Source of the DNA: an uncultured Chthonomonadaceae bacterium
GTDB lineage: Bacteria; Armatimonadota; Chthonomonadetes; Chthonomonadales; Chthonomonadaceae
Direction: 5' to 3'
Assembly: GCA_963817895.1 (NCBI GenBank)
Contig: CAWFQB010000011.1
Span: forward strand, 1-64,000
Length of the DNA: 64,000 nt
Shown here: piece by piece, positions 1 to 11,626 of the stretch
Layout of the letters: each line of letters begins with the position of its first letter
Numbering within the stretch: position 1 is the stretch's first letter
The notes under the pieces: model-generated
What the model was told of the DNA's origin: nothing
The model's input: only the letters and a program-made list of their open reading frames with translations
The model's database searches: none
Position numbers and translations under genes: made by a program

Positions 1-454
1 CGTTTCAGGGATTGTTCCAGTTGCTCGTTGGCGGACGCTTTGGTGCGCCCGTCCAGCTTGGTCATTAAAAACACTTTGCGCGGTACCCGTCCTGAAGCGC
101 CTTGCCCATGCGCTCCTCGCTTTTGCCCTCGTTGTAGTCCCAACTGTTGTCCAGAAAGGTGATGCCCCGGTCTACGCCACTCCGAATCAGGGCAATGCTC
201 TCCTGCTCGTCGGCCTGCTTGCCGATATGAAACCCGCCCATTCCAATGAGGGAAACCTGTTCGCCAGTGTGTCCGAGCGTCCGGTACATCATATCGCCCT
301 TGCGGGTTGTGGTTGGCGTTTTGAAGGTGGTCAGCGGCGTGGTCATATCCGCGATAGTGGTCTGCTGCGCTTCCCCGTTCGCGCCCGCCGTAATTCCCGC
401 CGCCGCTCCCGCCATAATCGCGCTCTCCTTGAAAAACTGTCGTCTGCTTTGCAT
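1..454 (-). CDS. Aldo/keto reductase with Tat signal peptide (runs off window start; frameshift near 65)
   Basis: MQSRRQFFKES twin-arginine leader; AKR N-terminal motifs YRTLGHTGEQVSLIGMGG and FLDNSWDYNEGKSEERMGKAL. Confidence 0.85.
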
Positions 455-648
455 GATGCGTGTTCTTCCTTGCCTTGCTTTTGCTGTTTGTGGCTCTTTC
501 TGTTCGTGGCTCTTTGTGTTGTGTTCTCGCTCTTGCAACACTTCTGGTACGTCGAAAGCCGCAAAGAAAAAGTTCCCGACAACATCATGCTTAACTGATG
601 CAATCGGGAACTTCTGTTTAGTCTTAAATCGGTTTCTGAACGGCAATG

Positions 649-1092
649 TCATCGCCGTGACGTTTCCAAAGGATGGGCCGGAACGCCTACCACTGTCTGA
701 CCGGGCAGCACGTCGCGGGTGACAACCGCATTTGCGCCGATGCGCGCGCCTTTGCCGATCCGCAAACTCTGGCTGCCTTTTCCCACAATCACCGCGCCCG
801 CGCCGATAATCGCGTCATCCTCAATGAAAATTCGGTATTCCGAACCGACAACCGATTCCGCCGCCAGCGTGACGTGCTGAAACAGGCGTACCCGATGCCC
901 CAGCGTGACATTCGGATGCGCCACAATCCCCAATCCGTAGTGTTCCAGCAGTATGTCGCGCTGTATGTCCGCTTCGGGCGGCAGAATGGCATGGAACACC
1001 ACAAAATTGATGGCTTTGAGCAGGCGGGCAATAATGCGCAACCGGCGTTTATGCGCCTGACAACTCAGCCACCACAGGTAGGCAGGGTTCAT
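649..1092 (-). CDS. Serine O-acetyltransferase-like hexapeptide-repeat acetyltransferase
   Basis: Left-handed beta-helix repeats IGAGAVIVG / IGKGARIGANAVVTRDV, C-terminal VVGVPA. Confidence 0.8.
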   Translation of the reverse strand: MNPAYLWWLSCQAHKRRLRIIARLLKAINFVVFHAILPPEADIQRDILLEHYGLGIVAHPNVTLGHRVRLFQHVTLAAESVVGSEYRIFIEDDAIIGAGAVIVGKGSQSLRIGKGARIGANAVVTRDVLPGQTVVGVPAHPLETSRR

Positions 1093-1112
1093 CCTTCATC
1101 CTTCGTCCTTTG

Positions 1113-2602
1113 TTACGCTATCAGCGGCTTGAATAACATTGCCGTATACATCGGTCAGGCGGAAGTCGCGGCCCTGATAGCGGTACGTCAGGCGCGTATG
1201 GTCAATGCCGAGTTGGTTCATAATGGTCGCCTGCAAGTCGTGGATATGCACGGGGTTTTGGGCGACGTTGTAGCAGTAATCGTCGGTTTCGCCATACGTC
1301 GTGCCGCCTTTGAAGCCGCCGCCCGCCACCCACATGCTGTAACACGAACCCAGATGGTCGCGCCCATGCCCGTTGGGATTGTTGATGTCGCCCTGCACGA
1401 AAACCGTCCGCCCGAACTCCCCGCCCCAGAGGACAATCGTATCTTCCAGCAATCCGCGCTGCTTCAAGTCCATGACAAGCGCGGCGGAGGGCTGATCGGT
1501 ATCGCGGCACTGCACTTCCAGTTGCGTATCCAGATTGCTGTGCTGATCCCACCCGGAGTGCATGATCTGCACGAAGCGGACGCCGCGCTCAATCAATCGC
1601 CGCGCCAGCAGGCAGTTGCGGGCATACGAGCCACTGCGCTGCACGTCCGGGCCGTACAGTTCGAGTACGGACTTCGGCTCTTGGGTAATATCCAGCAGTT
1701 CGGGTACGCTGGTCTGCATCTTGTACGCCATTTCGTACTGCGCGATGCGGGTTTCGATTTCCGGGTCGCCGTACTCGGCAAGCCGTTTCTTGTTCAGTTC
1801 GGCAATGTCGTCCAGCGCGCCCCGCCGCATGTTCGCGCGACATGCCGTCCGGGTTGGCGAGATACAAAACCGGGTCGCCATCCCCCCGGAACCGGACGCC
1901 CTGATATTTGGACGGCAAAAACCCGCTGCCCCAGTAGTAATCATAAAACAACTGTCCGCACGTTTTGCCCCGGTCAGTCGAGGTCATCACGCAAAAGGCC
2001 GGCAGGTCGTTGGCAAGGCTGCCCAAACCGTAGGTGGCCCACGCGCCCATGCTTGGCCGTCCGGGTATCTGGCTGCCCGTCATAAAGAACGTCACTCCCG
2101 GCGCATGGTTGACGGCTTCCGTATGCATGGATTTCACCAGACAAATATCGTCCGCGATAGAGCCGATATGCGGCAGCATTTCCGACAGCCACAATCCGCT
2201 TTTGCCGTACTGCTTGAACGGCTTGATGGGCGGCAATACGGGATGCGCGGCCTGTCCCGCCGTCATGGTGGACAATCGCGCCCCCGCCCGCACCGAATCG
2301 GGAACCTGCTGCCCCCGCTTGTCGAACAAGCCCCGGCTTATAATCGAACAAATCCACATGCGAGGGCGCTCCGCCCTGCCAGAGCACGATGACGCGCTTC
2401 GCTTTCGCGGGAAATGCGGCAGGTTGGTGGTTGAGTGGCTGGTTGTTGGTGAGGAGAGATGCCGGTGTTACCGTTGTGGAGCGCGGCAAGGCCTTCCTGT
2501 TGCAGCAGGGCGGATAGGGCGGCGACGCCGATACCGCGTAGCGGCGCGTCCGAAGAACTGGCGGCGGGAAACATGCAGCGCGTTTTCAAATTCAGGGTTC
2601 AT
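1113..2602 (-). CDS. DUF1501 domain protein (Tat-like leader; several frameshifts)
   Basis: Joined fragments: [76 protein letters not shown]. Confidence 0.88.
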
Positions 2603-2620
2603 AATTCGGTTCAGCTCTTA

Positions 2621-5404
2621 TTACTCCCGCGTCAGCGCCTCATCCAGATTGTAAATGGCAAGGCAGACACTCGCATACGCGGCGTGTTCGAGCGCGTTTA
2701 GTTTCGTATCGCGGGGACTGTCGCCGGATTTCAGGTAGGCATCGGCGGCGGCAGGATTGGCGCGGTACGCGGCAAGGGCGCGATCCAGACTGCGGCGCAA
2801 AACGCGCAGTTCATCGGGAAGCGGGCGGCGGGCGCACACGCGGCGGAAGGCTTCCGTCAGGCGCGCGTTGGCAGCGTCGCCGAACCACCTGCGGAGTGTT
2901 GGGAATATCCTGCATGACGTGTTCGGCGAGGGCGCGTCCGGCTTCCACCCACGTTACATCATTCAGAGTGGTCAGGGCGTACAGGGGCGTGCTGGTGGTG
3001 GGCAGGCGCACTTTGCAGGTCGTGCGCGTACTCGCGTCGAACATGTTGGCAGGGGCAACCGTGCGCCGCCAGAAGGTGTACAGGCTGCGGCGGAACAAAT
3101 CCGCGCCCTTCGATTGCGGATAAGTGAAATCGCGCTCATTCGTGATGGCAAGGCCGTCCCAGATGCCTTTCGGCTGATAGGGATACACGGGCTTGCCGCC
3201 GATTTGCGCATTGAGCAGGCCGCTGGAAGCCAGCGCCACATCGCGCAGCATCAGCGAGGGCAGCCGGAACCGCGCGCTCCGCGCCAGCAGCTTGTTTTCC
3301 GGGTCGCGCTGCCGCAACAGCGGGCGTGGTTTTGGAAGATTGCCGATACGTCGCGCTTGTCACAATCAGCCGCTGCAGTTTTTTGACGTTCCAGCCCGAT
3401 TTCGCGGAATTCAACCGCAAGCCAGTCCAGCAGTTCCGGGATGCGTGGGCGGTTCGCTTTGCGTTCCCAAATTTTCCGATGTTTTCACCAGCCCCGTGCC
3501 GAAAAACATCTGCCAGTAACGGTTCACCTGAACGCGAGCCGTGAGCGGATTGTCCGCGCTGACCAGCCATTGCGCCAGGCCCAAGCCGGTTTTTGGGCGC
3601 ATCGGCAGGCAGGGGCGACAGGTTGGCGGGCGTGGCGGGCGGTCACTTCTTCGCCCGGCATTTCGTAGTTGCCGCGCTGCAGCACATGCGTTTTGCGCGG
3701 GCGGGCGTCCGACATAATCATCACGCGGGGCAGGCTCATGCGAAAGGCGTCCAGCTCTTTTTGCGTGGCGGCTATATTGTCCCGCGCTGCTTTCAGTTCG
3801 GCGGGGGCGTTGGCGGCAAGAAAGTAATCCCGAACGGTTTTGGCGTCGGCTGCGGAACGCGAAGCGGAAGCGGTTTTCAAAATGCGCGAGCGATGTTGGC
3901 AGGCAGGCCGGTCTCCTGCGCCTTGAAGTAAAAGCCGCCGATGCCGCCGCCGTTGACGATTTTCATCAGCAGAATGTTGTCGCCAACGCGCAGGTTGACC
4001 GTCGCTTTTTCCTGATCGGGCAGCAGCGGCCCGCGTGGTTTTGTTCGCGACAATAGGCGCGCCGTTGAACCACACTTTGATGGCGTCGTCACTGCCGAAG
4101 GACAGCGCGAGCGGCATGGCGTGCGTCGGCATGAATCACGCGGTACAGATACGTGGCCGAATTTTCTCCCGTCAGCGCGACTACAGCGCCGTCCTTCCAT
4201 TCGGGACGGCGTGTCCATTTCAATTTGCCGTCTGCATAAGTTTGCTTCAAATCTGATCTGTTTTTCGGCGACAAAAGCGGAATCATAGGCGGCATCAAAC
4301 GAGTCGGCGGGAAACGGCCCGACTGCCTGCCAGTCGTCCAATTTCGGAGCGCTTGACAACGCATTGGCGATGTTGGCGGTTTCCCACGCGGCCTGCGCGG
4401 TTTCAATCTCCGCGCTCATGCGTCCGCATGTAGTTGTCGGCCTCGGTTTTCGCGCCAGCCAATTGCGCTTCAAAGGCTTTTAATTTCGCGTTTTCGGCTT
4501 CGCTGCGGCTGTCATCCACGGGTCGGCGATGCGGTACTGCCCGCCGCCCGGCGGCGTTCCGTTTTCCGGCACGTTATTGAAATACGCCATGAAAGAGTAA
4601 TAGTCTTTTTGCGTGAGCGGGTCGTACTTGTGGTCGTGGCACTGGGCGCAGGCAAGCGTCGCGCCAAGCCACGTCGTTGCGGTCACATCCACGCGGTCAA
4701 ACAGAATGACGTTGCGCTGCTCTTCGGCAATCGCGCCGCCCTCGCCGTTGAGCAGGTGGCAGCGATTGAAAGCGGTGGCGATTTTCTGCTCGTCCGTCGC
4801 GTTGGGAAGTAGATCGCCCGCCAGTTGCTCGATGGTGAATTGATCGAACGGCATATTGGCATTGAAGGCGCGGACAACCCAATCGCGCCAAACATACTGG
4901 TACGTGTCGCCATCCTGCTGAAAGCCGTTGCTGTCGGCATAGCGGGCGGCGTCCAGCCAGGGCAGGGCCATGCGCTCGCCATAGTGCGGATCGGCAAGCA
5001 GCCGGTCTACAACTTTTTCGTAAGCGTCCGGGGAATAGTCGGCAAGAAAAGCGTCGGTTTCGCGGGGCGTGGGCGGCAATCCCGTCAGGTCGAGGGTAAC
5101 GCGGCGCAGCAGGGTAATTTTGTCGGCTTCAGGCGAGGGCGCGAGTTTCTCTTTTTCCAGTCGCGCCAGAATGAATCGGTCAACAGGATTGCGCGGCCAG
5201 ACCGTATTCTTCACAGGAGGAAGCGGAGGCCGAACCGGGGCCACATACGCCCAGTGCTTCTTACCGGCGGTTTTACTTTGCGCAGGCGCAGGTGGTTTGG
5301 AAACCACAGCCTGCCCGAACAGCCGCCGCAGCAAGCAAAACGCTCAAAAACCCGAAAAGGGCAACGGGAGCGGGAGCGCGTAGATAATGAGAACCAATAA
5401 CCAT
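2621..5404 (-). CDS. DUF1549/DUF1553 (PSD1-type) protein with CxxCH motif and an inserted beta-sandwich domain (multiple frameshifts)
   Basis: [75 protein letters not shown]; inserted [12 protein letters not shown] segment. Confidence 0.88.
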
Positions 5405-5539
5405 AAAAGTCGTCCTGATGCCGCGCTCGCGAATCCCGGCAGGGCATAACGAGAATAGTGGCGAATAAACTCTTGATGTGGCAGGAAATCAAAGCGAGAA
5501 TAGTTGGATATATCGTACCACGAATTTGTGAGGAACTTT

Positions 5540-7742
5540 ATGCGTTTTCTGTTCATAACCTGTATGCTCTTGTATCTCATCGCGACGCTGGCAATGACGG
5601 CGCAATCAGCGCGTGGGGAGGAAGCGCGAATGCTGAAACTGACAACGCAAAACATTCATGACGCCACATTGCGCGTTCTTGAAAATGGCGAGTATGAGAT
5701 ACATACGACCGGTTCCGACCCCTATGTATTCACCGAACCGCTTACCCCGGTTCTGGATAAGCGCCAGCATGTTGTCGCGTTTGAATATTTCAGCGCGACG
5801 GGTACGGACTCGTTTCAAGTGTTCGTCCTGCCGCCCCTGAGCGAAGCGCATAGCGTTATGGAAAAGGGGTTGAGCGTGAGCGAAGGCTGGTCTGTCCACA
5901 GCGTCAACATAAACCCCGTTCTGGACAGGCCGGATATGCCCAAGGAGGGCATCCGGCAACTGCGGCTCGACTTTGGGACGCAGGCGGGTAAAACCATACA
6001 GTTACGCGGCCTGCAATTACGCGCTCAAACCGAACAGGAGATACGATTGGAAGCGCGGCGAGAAACTCTGCGCCAAGTAGAAAAGCAGCATGAAACCCAC
6101 CTGCGCGAATATCTGCACCGGCAGTATCCCTGTAGTATCCTGCGCGTAACCGCGAACCATCAGCAAATTCGCATTGAAGCCGATGTCAAAAAGGAACGTG
6201 GGCCTCTCTATCTAGTGGAAACGCCCCTGTATGCCAATGTCACCGAACAGCAACAGTTTTCATTGGAAACGCCCGTTCATGCCGATACGAGTGGACATTT
6301 CACCCTTACTGTTGACCGGCAGGGCAGGCAGGGCGCGGGCGCGAATGAGAAACCGAACAGTAAGCGGGAGGATACGCGCCAAGAGGAGCAAACCGACCGC
6401 CTGCTGTCGCGATGGGCGATTGTCCGCAAAACAGGAACAGACAACGGAACTGTTGTCCCATGCGCGTTACGTGGATACGGTGGAACCGGAAGCGGATTTG
6501 CCCGAAGTTGTCATACATAACAAAAAGGGATTGGGCGGCTTCACGACCGGCTTTCCCGTCAGCGATCTGGACGAGTTGGGCATTTCCGCCGTGACCGTCA
6601 ACGTCGTGCTGAACAGTTTCATGCGCGCCGCGCCCGGAGCAAACCGGACGCCCTTCACCTATCAGGGGCATACATGGTACACCGATGACTGGCGCATCGC
6701 GGAAATGGACAAAACGCTGCTGGAAGCGACCAAACGGAACATCGTTGTGTCGGCTATCATTCTGCTTGGACAGCCGGGAAACGCGCCCAAAGGAGATTAC
6801 AGCCGACTGGCCGCGCACCCGGACGCCGACCCCGCAGGCATTTTCGCCATGCCGGATGTCACGACCGCGCAGGGCTTGAACGCGTATGCCGCCGCGCTGG
6901 AATTTCTCGCCCGACGTTATAGCCGACCCGACGCGCAGTACGGGCGTATCCACCACTGGATACTGCACAACGAAGTGAACGCGGGCTGGGTGTGGACCAA
7001 CGCGGGCAACAAAACCGCCCTGCTTTATATGGATTTGTACCACAAGTCCATGCGCGTCGCGTACTTAATCGCGCGGCAGTACAATCCCCATGCCCGCGTG
7101 TTCATTTCACTGGAGCATCACTGGACGGCGGTTCCCGACGCCCAAATCTACTCGGGACGCTTTCTGCTCGAAACTCTGGCGGATTACTCTCATGCGGAGG
7201 GCGATTTCGACTGGTCGGTCGCCTTTCATCCCTACCCGCAAAACCTGTTTGAACCCCGCGTATGGGAAGACAACGAGGTCAATTTCACCTTCGACACGCC
7301 CAAAATCACGTTCAAAAATCTGGAAGTGCTGGATGCGTGGCTGAAACAGCCGCGAATGTTGTACATGGGCAAGCGTGTTCGCAAGGCGCATTTGACGGAA
7401 CAGGGGCTGAACTCGCGGGATTACAGCGAAACGGCATTGCGCAATCAGGCGGCGGGCATGGCGTATGCGTGGAACAAATACAAGAACTTGGACGCCATCG
7501 AAGTGTTTCACTATCACAACTGGGTAGACAATCGCGGCGAGGGCGGCCTGCGCATCGGCCTGCGCCGATTTCCCGACGACAAAGACGATCCGCTGGGCAA
7601 AAAGCCCATCTGGTTCGTGTATCAGGCGCTCGGCACAGCAAACGAAGCTACCGCCACCGCCTTCGCCTTGCCCCTCATCGGCATCAAAGACTGGCCGGAG
7701 ATAAGACATTCGGAGAAGCAGGAGAAGAACAGCCGCGAATGA
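5540..7742 (+). CDS. Secreted DUF5722-like protein, probable clan GH-A glycoside hydrolase (frameshift near 6448)
   Basis: Signal peptide MRFLFITCMLL; WILHNEVN and HLTEQG acid/base- and nucleophile-like motifs; AFHPYPQ. Confidence 0.7.
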
Positions 7743-7761
7743 ACGCGAATGAACGCGAATA
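7731..7761 (+). repeat. AGCCGCGAAT(GAACGCGAAT)n repeat family member; other copies at 10204-10224, 41201-41215, 48877-48908, 54235-54266 and 54327-54358
   Basis: Decamer tandem unit seen directly at six places. Confidence 0.85.
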
Positions 7762-7891
7762 AGGAGTCGGTTTGAGAGGTACCAAAGGTAGATATAGAAC
7801 AAGATATGTCTAAGGTTTGGCGCAATTTGGGGTTGGCAGGCGGTCTTTCCTGTTAAATGCCGGACGTTGAATTCGTCATGGCCTACCCTTT

Positions 7892-8773
7892 ATGCAGGAG
7901 CAGCAAACTATGGAACATCAAATACCTTTGGATCCCAGCAGCCGCGCCGACAGTCCCGAAGTGGATCATGCGCGTCACGACGGAACACATGAAGTGACGC
8001 CGGATGTGGCCTACAAACGCCTGATGCTTGTGAATGTCGCTTTCTACGGCAACGAACATGCGGGCGACGGGCAATGGGTGCTGATTGACGCAGGCATTCC
8101 GGGCATGACCGGGCAGATTACGGGCGCGGCAAAGGAGCGTTTCGGGGAAAACGGACGGCCTGCCGCCATTGTAATGACGCACGGGCATTTCGACCATGTA
8201 GGCGTGTTGGAGCATCTCGCGGAGTTGTGGGACGTGCCGATTTACGCGCACGAACTGGAAACGCCATTTTTGAACGGGCAGTCCGCGTACCCGCCGCCCG
8301 ACCCGACCGTAGGCAACGGCCTAATGGCAACCATGTCGCCGATGTATCCGCGCGGCCCAATAGATGTGAGCCGGTGGCTGCAAATTCTGCCCTCGGACAG
8401 CAGCGTTCCCTTTATGCCCGGCTGGAAATGGCTGCACACGCCCGGACATGCCCCCGGCCATGTTTCGCTGTGGCGGGAACAGGATCGTACCTTAATCGCG
8501 GGGGACGCCTTTATCACCACCAATCAGGAGTCCGCGTATGCCGTCGCCACGCAACTGCCCGCCCTGCACGGCCCGCCCATGTACTTCACGCCCGATTGGG
8601 ATAGCGCCCGAACCTCCGTCGCCAAACTCGCCGCATTGGAACCCGAAATCGCCTTGACAGGACATGGACGCGCCATGCGTGGCCCGGAAATGCGCGCCGC
8701 CCTGCACACGCTGGCCCAAAACTTCGATCAAATCGCTATTCCCGAACACGGACGCTACGTTCACAAAGTATGA
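7892..8773 (+). CDS. MBL-fold metallo-hydrolase
   Basis: LIDAG, THGHFDHVG, HTPGHAPGH, LIAGDAF, TGHG motifs. Confidence 0.92.
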   Translation: MQEQQTMEHQIPLDPSSRADSPEVDHARHDGTHEVTPDVAYKRLMLVNVAFYGNEHAGDGQWVLIDAGIPGMTGQITGAAKERFGENGRPAAIVMTHGHFDHVGVLEHLAELWDVPIYAHELETPFLNGQSAYPPPDPTVGNGLMATMSPMYPRGPIDVSRWLQILPSDSSVPFMPGWKWLHTPGHAPGHVSLWREQDRTLIAGDAFITTNQESAYAVATQLPALHGPPMYFTPDWDSARTSVAKLAALEPEIALTGHGRAMRGPEMRAALHTLAQNFDQIAIPEHGRYVHKV

Positions 8774-8871
8774 AGGATGAAGGATGAAGGATGAAGTTGC
8801 GCTGTTACTTACTGATTTTCCTGTGAAAACAAATCTTTAGATCAGCAGGCATCGTTTCATCCTTCATCCTT
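8770..8871. repeat. (ATGAAGG)n ... (TTCATCC)n inverted heptamer repeat between convergent genes
   Basis: 8770-8796 and the reverse-complement tract 8856-8871; the same unit occurs near 1089, 24028 and 41253. Confidence 0.75.
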
Positions 8872-8882
8872 TGCCCTACCTT

Positions 8883-10186
8883 CTACTTTCCAGATAGCGG
8901 TTGACCAATTCCGCCGATAGTTTCTCTGCCGGGGCGTCTACCACGAGGATGCCGCGTTCGCTCAGGGCGGACAGGGCGCGTTGGCGGTCTTGAAGTACCT
9001 GCGTTGCGACGGCTTTTTCGTAGGCGGCGTTGACGGTGGCGGGTTCCTGATTGGCGGCGTTTTTGAGTTTGGTGTCCAGCAGGGTAACGGCGGCGACTAC
9101 ATGGCGCGGCTGTAGGCTTGCCAGTTCCGCAGATGGTGCTGCGCGACGAGTCGGGGTCCCACAGGTCGGTGAAGCAGATCATAAGCGAACGCTTGCGGAA
9201 CCGGGTTTGTAAAAACGTTAGTGCCTGCACATAGTCCGGCTCGGTCAGGCTGGCGCGGGTGTTGTGCAGGGCTTCTAAAATGGCGAATACCTGCGCTCGG
9301 CCTTTTTGGGGCGGCAGGTACGTTTGCACTTCATCGGCAAAAATCAGCAGGCCCACATTGTCTTCCGCTTCCGTCGCCACATGCGCAAGCGCGAGGGCGG
9401 CGTTGATGGCGTAATCCAGTTTTTGGATTCCGTCCACTTCGGCCAGCATGGTGCGCCCCGCGTCCACGACCAGCATCACGTTCTGCGATTTTTCCACCTC
9501 GTACTGGCGGGAAATCAACTGCCCGCGCCGCGCCGTCGCTTTCCAGTCCACGCGCCGCAGTTCGTCGTCGGGCTGATAGTCGCGCAGGCTCTCGAATTCG
9601 CGCCCCGCGCCCTGCAATCGCGCCTTGCGAACGCCCACCTGCTGCAACTGCCCCCGCCGCGCCATAAGCGCAAACTTCGTCGATTCTGTAAGTTCGGGTA
9701 CACCTTAATAATCCGTGCCGCCGGTATCCGCCGCAGCCGATGCGCCATGCCCAGCCGTCCGCGCACCCGAATAAACAGGTCATCAAAAGCGTAATCGCCG
9801 CGCAGGGTGGGGCGCAGATGATAGGTGACGACGTGATGGCTGTTGGGCGGAAGCGCGAACACAAGCGGCAGGTCGTCCAGATCGTTGGGGATGGCTTCGG
9901 GCGGCGAATCCCGCAGTTCCAGATGGGCGGGCGCATTGGTGGCGTTGTGGATGCGGATACGAACGGCGTTTTCTACGCCGAGGGAGAGTTTCTCGTCCAC
10001 ATCGCGCTCCACAATCAGTTTCTCCAGCGGGGGGAACAGCCGCCAATCGGCGATTGCCAGCCCGACAAGCAGCGCGTACCAGAGAACGGCAAGCGCAACG
10101 CCGACGCCTGCGGGCAAAACGCCGCTCAACAGCAGGGGCGCAAAGCCGAGCGCGAACAGGGTAAGCCACAATCTGCTGAACGTCAC
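8883..10186 (-). CDS. DUF58 domain protein (vWA-like, MoxR-associated; frameshifts)
   Basis: N-terminal TM pair, RGDY, VYPN, GREFESLRDYQPDDELRRVDWKATARR, DAGRTM. Confidence 0.9.
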
Positions 10187-10202
10187 AACATTTCTCCTGG
10201 TA

Positions 10203-10604
10203 CTATTCGCGTTCATTCGCGGCTGTATTCTCTTGCGCGGGCGCGGCAACATCACCCGAAAATGCCGCCTTGTGTTTCTGGCGCGTGTTCGACTCGACGG
10301 GCGCGGGAGGCGTTGTTTCCACGGGCGCAGGCAGGGGCGCGGCGATAATCCGCACGGGCGGCACATCGGGCGCGGCAATCAGGTCGCCGGGGCGGAGTTT
10401 GCGCCCTCGCCGCTGTTCCGGCTCGCCGTTGACCATAATAACCGTTTCCGCGAGATACCATTTCGCTTCGCCGCCCGTGCTGATAATATCCGCCCGCTTC
10501 AGCAGTTGCCCGAGCGTGATATACTCGTCTCGAATAGATATTTCGCGTTCCGGCAGGGGAGCGTTTCGGCGTTTTGGACGTGGAATAGAACTTTTATTAA
10601 GCAT
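10203..10604 (-). CDS. S4-domain RNA-binding protein (YaaA-like)
   Basis: EYITLGQLLKRADIISTGGEAK...VNGEPEQRRGRKLRPGD. Confidence 0.9.
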   Translation of the reverse strand: MLNKSSIPRPKRRNAPLPEREISIRDEYITLGQLLKRADIISTGGEAKWYLAETVIMVNGEPEQRRGRKLRPGDLIAAPDVPPVRIIAAPLPAPVETTPPAPVESNTRQKHKAAFSGDVAAPAQENTAANERE

Positions 10605-10756
10605 CAGGGGTAGAATTCCAGTAGGTATGTGATTTCACGAGTACATTCAGGAAGCGCCAGAATCAGAAGCAAAGACTGCTTAACAATACCACAAATCAGG
10701 GGCGTGTTCACTACTTTTACCGCTTTCTTGAACGCGCCGGTTTTGGAGAAAATCTA

Positions 10757-11326
10757 ATGATTGGCAACTTTCGTGTCATGGCAGGCGTGCGCAGGGGCTT
10801 GGTTGTTTCCGCTTTGCTGCTGTCCACAGGATTGTCCGCGCAGCCGCCTGTATCGGACGGCAAAAAACAAGACACAAAAACAGGCTTGATCGCGCGTGGG
10901 GTGACGGATAAGCCGGTGACGCTGCAAACCGCCGATATGGACAACCTGCCGCAGAAAAGCGTCAAAGTGAAAGAACAGGGCGGGGAGGAGATAACCTACA
11001 GCGGCGCGACGCTGGCGGACGTGATGAAAAAAGCGGGGATGAACTTCGAGGCGAATCTGCACGGACGAATGTTGACCAAATACCTGCTCGTCGAAGCCGC
11101 AGATAAATACCGGGTTGTGTTCGCCCTGCCCGAATTCGACCCGAACTTTACCGACAAGCTGATACTGGTGGCAACTAAAAAGGACGGCAAACCGCTGTCC
11201 CCGGAACAGGGGCCGTTCCGCTTCATTGTACCCGACGACAAGCGACCGGCGCGCTGGATACGGCAGGTTCGGGTGTTGTCGCTAATGGACTCTGTTGCGC
11301 CGGAAGAACACAACAAAAAGCCATAG
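10757..11326 (+). CDS. Secreted molybdopterin-dependent oxidoreductase-like domain protein
   Basis: Signal peptide; YSGATLADV, EAADKYRVVFALPEFDP, DGKPLSPEQGPFRFIVPDDKRPARWIRQV. Confidence 0.75.
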   Translation: MIGNFRVMAGVRRGLVVSALLLSTGLSAQPPVSDGKKQDTKTGLIARGVTDKPVTLQTADMDNLPQKSVKVKEQGGEEITYSGATLADVMKKAGMNFEANLHGRMLTKYLLVEAADKYRVVFALPEFDPNFTDKLILVATKKDGKPLSPEQGPFRFIVPDDKRPARWIRQVRVLSLMDSVAPEEHNKKP

Positions 11327-11342
11327 CGCTGTCGCAGGCGCA

Positions 11343-11390
11343 ATCAGGGCGCTGTTTCAATGTTAATGAACATTGAAACAGCGCCCTGAT
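11343..11390. terminator. Perfect 22-bp inverted repeat between a convergent CDS and the tRNA
   Basis: atcagggcgctgtttcaatgtt-aatg-aacattgaaacagcgccctgat. Confidence 0.75.
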
Positions 11391-11395
11391 ATTCA

Positions 11396-11466
11396 CTGAG
11401 AGACATGGATTCGAACCATGATTAACGGCTCCAAAGGCCGCTGTCCTGCCATTGGACGATCCCTCA
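11396..11466 (-). tRNA. tRNA-Gln(TTG), CCA not encoded
   Basis: TGAGGGA/TCTCTCA acceptor stem, GCGGC-CTTTGGA-GCCGT anticodon arm, GGTTCGAATCC T-arm. Confidence 0.95.
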
Positions 11467-11626
11467 CCATACAACCCCAATTATACTCTGCCTGCGCCCC
11501 GCTGTCAAGACAGGACACGCATTTGCCTGCTCCGCTTCCCACTGAATTGACAGGCGTTGGTAAGGAAAAGTTGCCTGTCGCGTAGAAATAAGGAACCATC
11601 AAGTTCTCCAATTAAGGAATATACCC

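Noticed and set aside
673..2085. Long antisense ORFs (for example 673-2085 +, 11681-12832 -, 37347-38399 -, 53094-54191 -)
   Set aside because: These are shadow frames opposite well-supported genes in GC-rich DNA and have no recognisable motifs.
11343..11466. tRNA-Gln as the attachment site of an integrated island
   Set aside because: No duplicate of the tRNA 3' end and no integrase were seen in the window.
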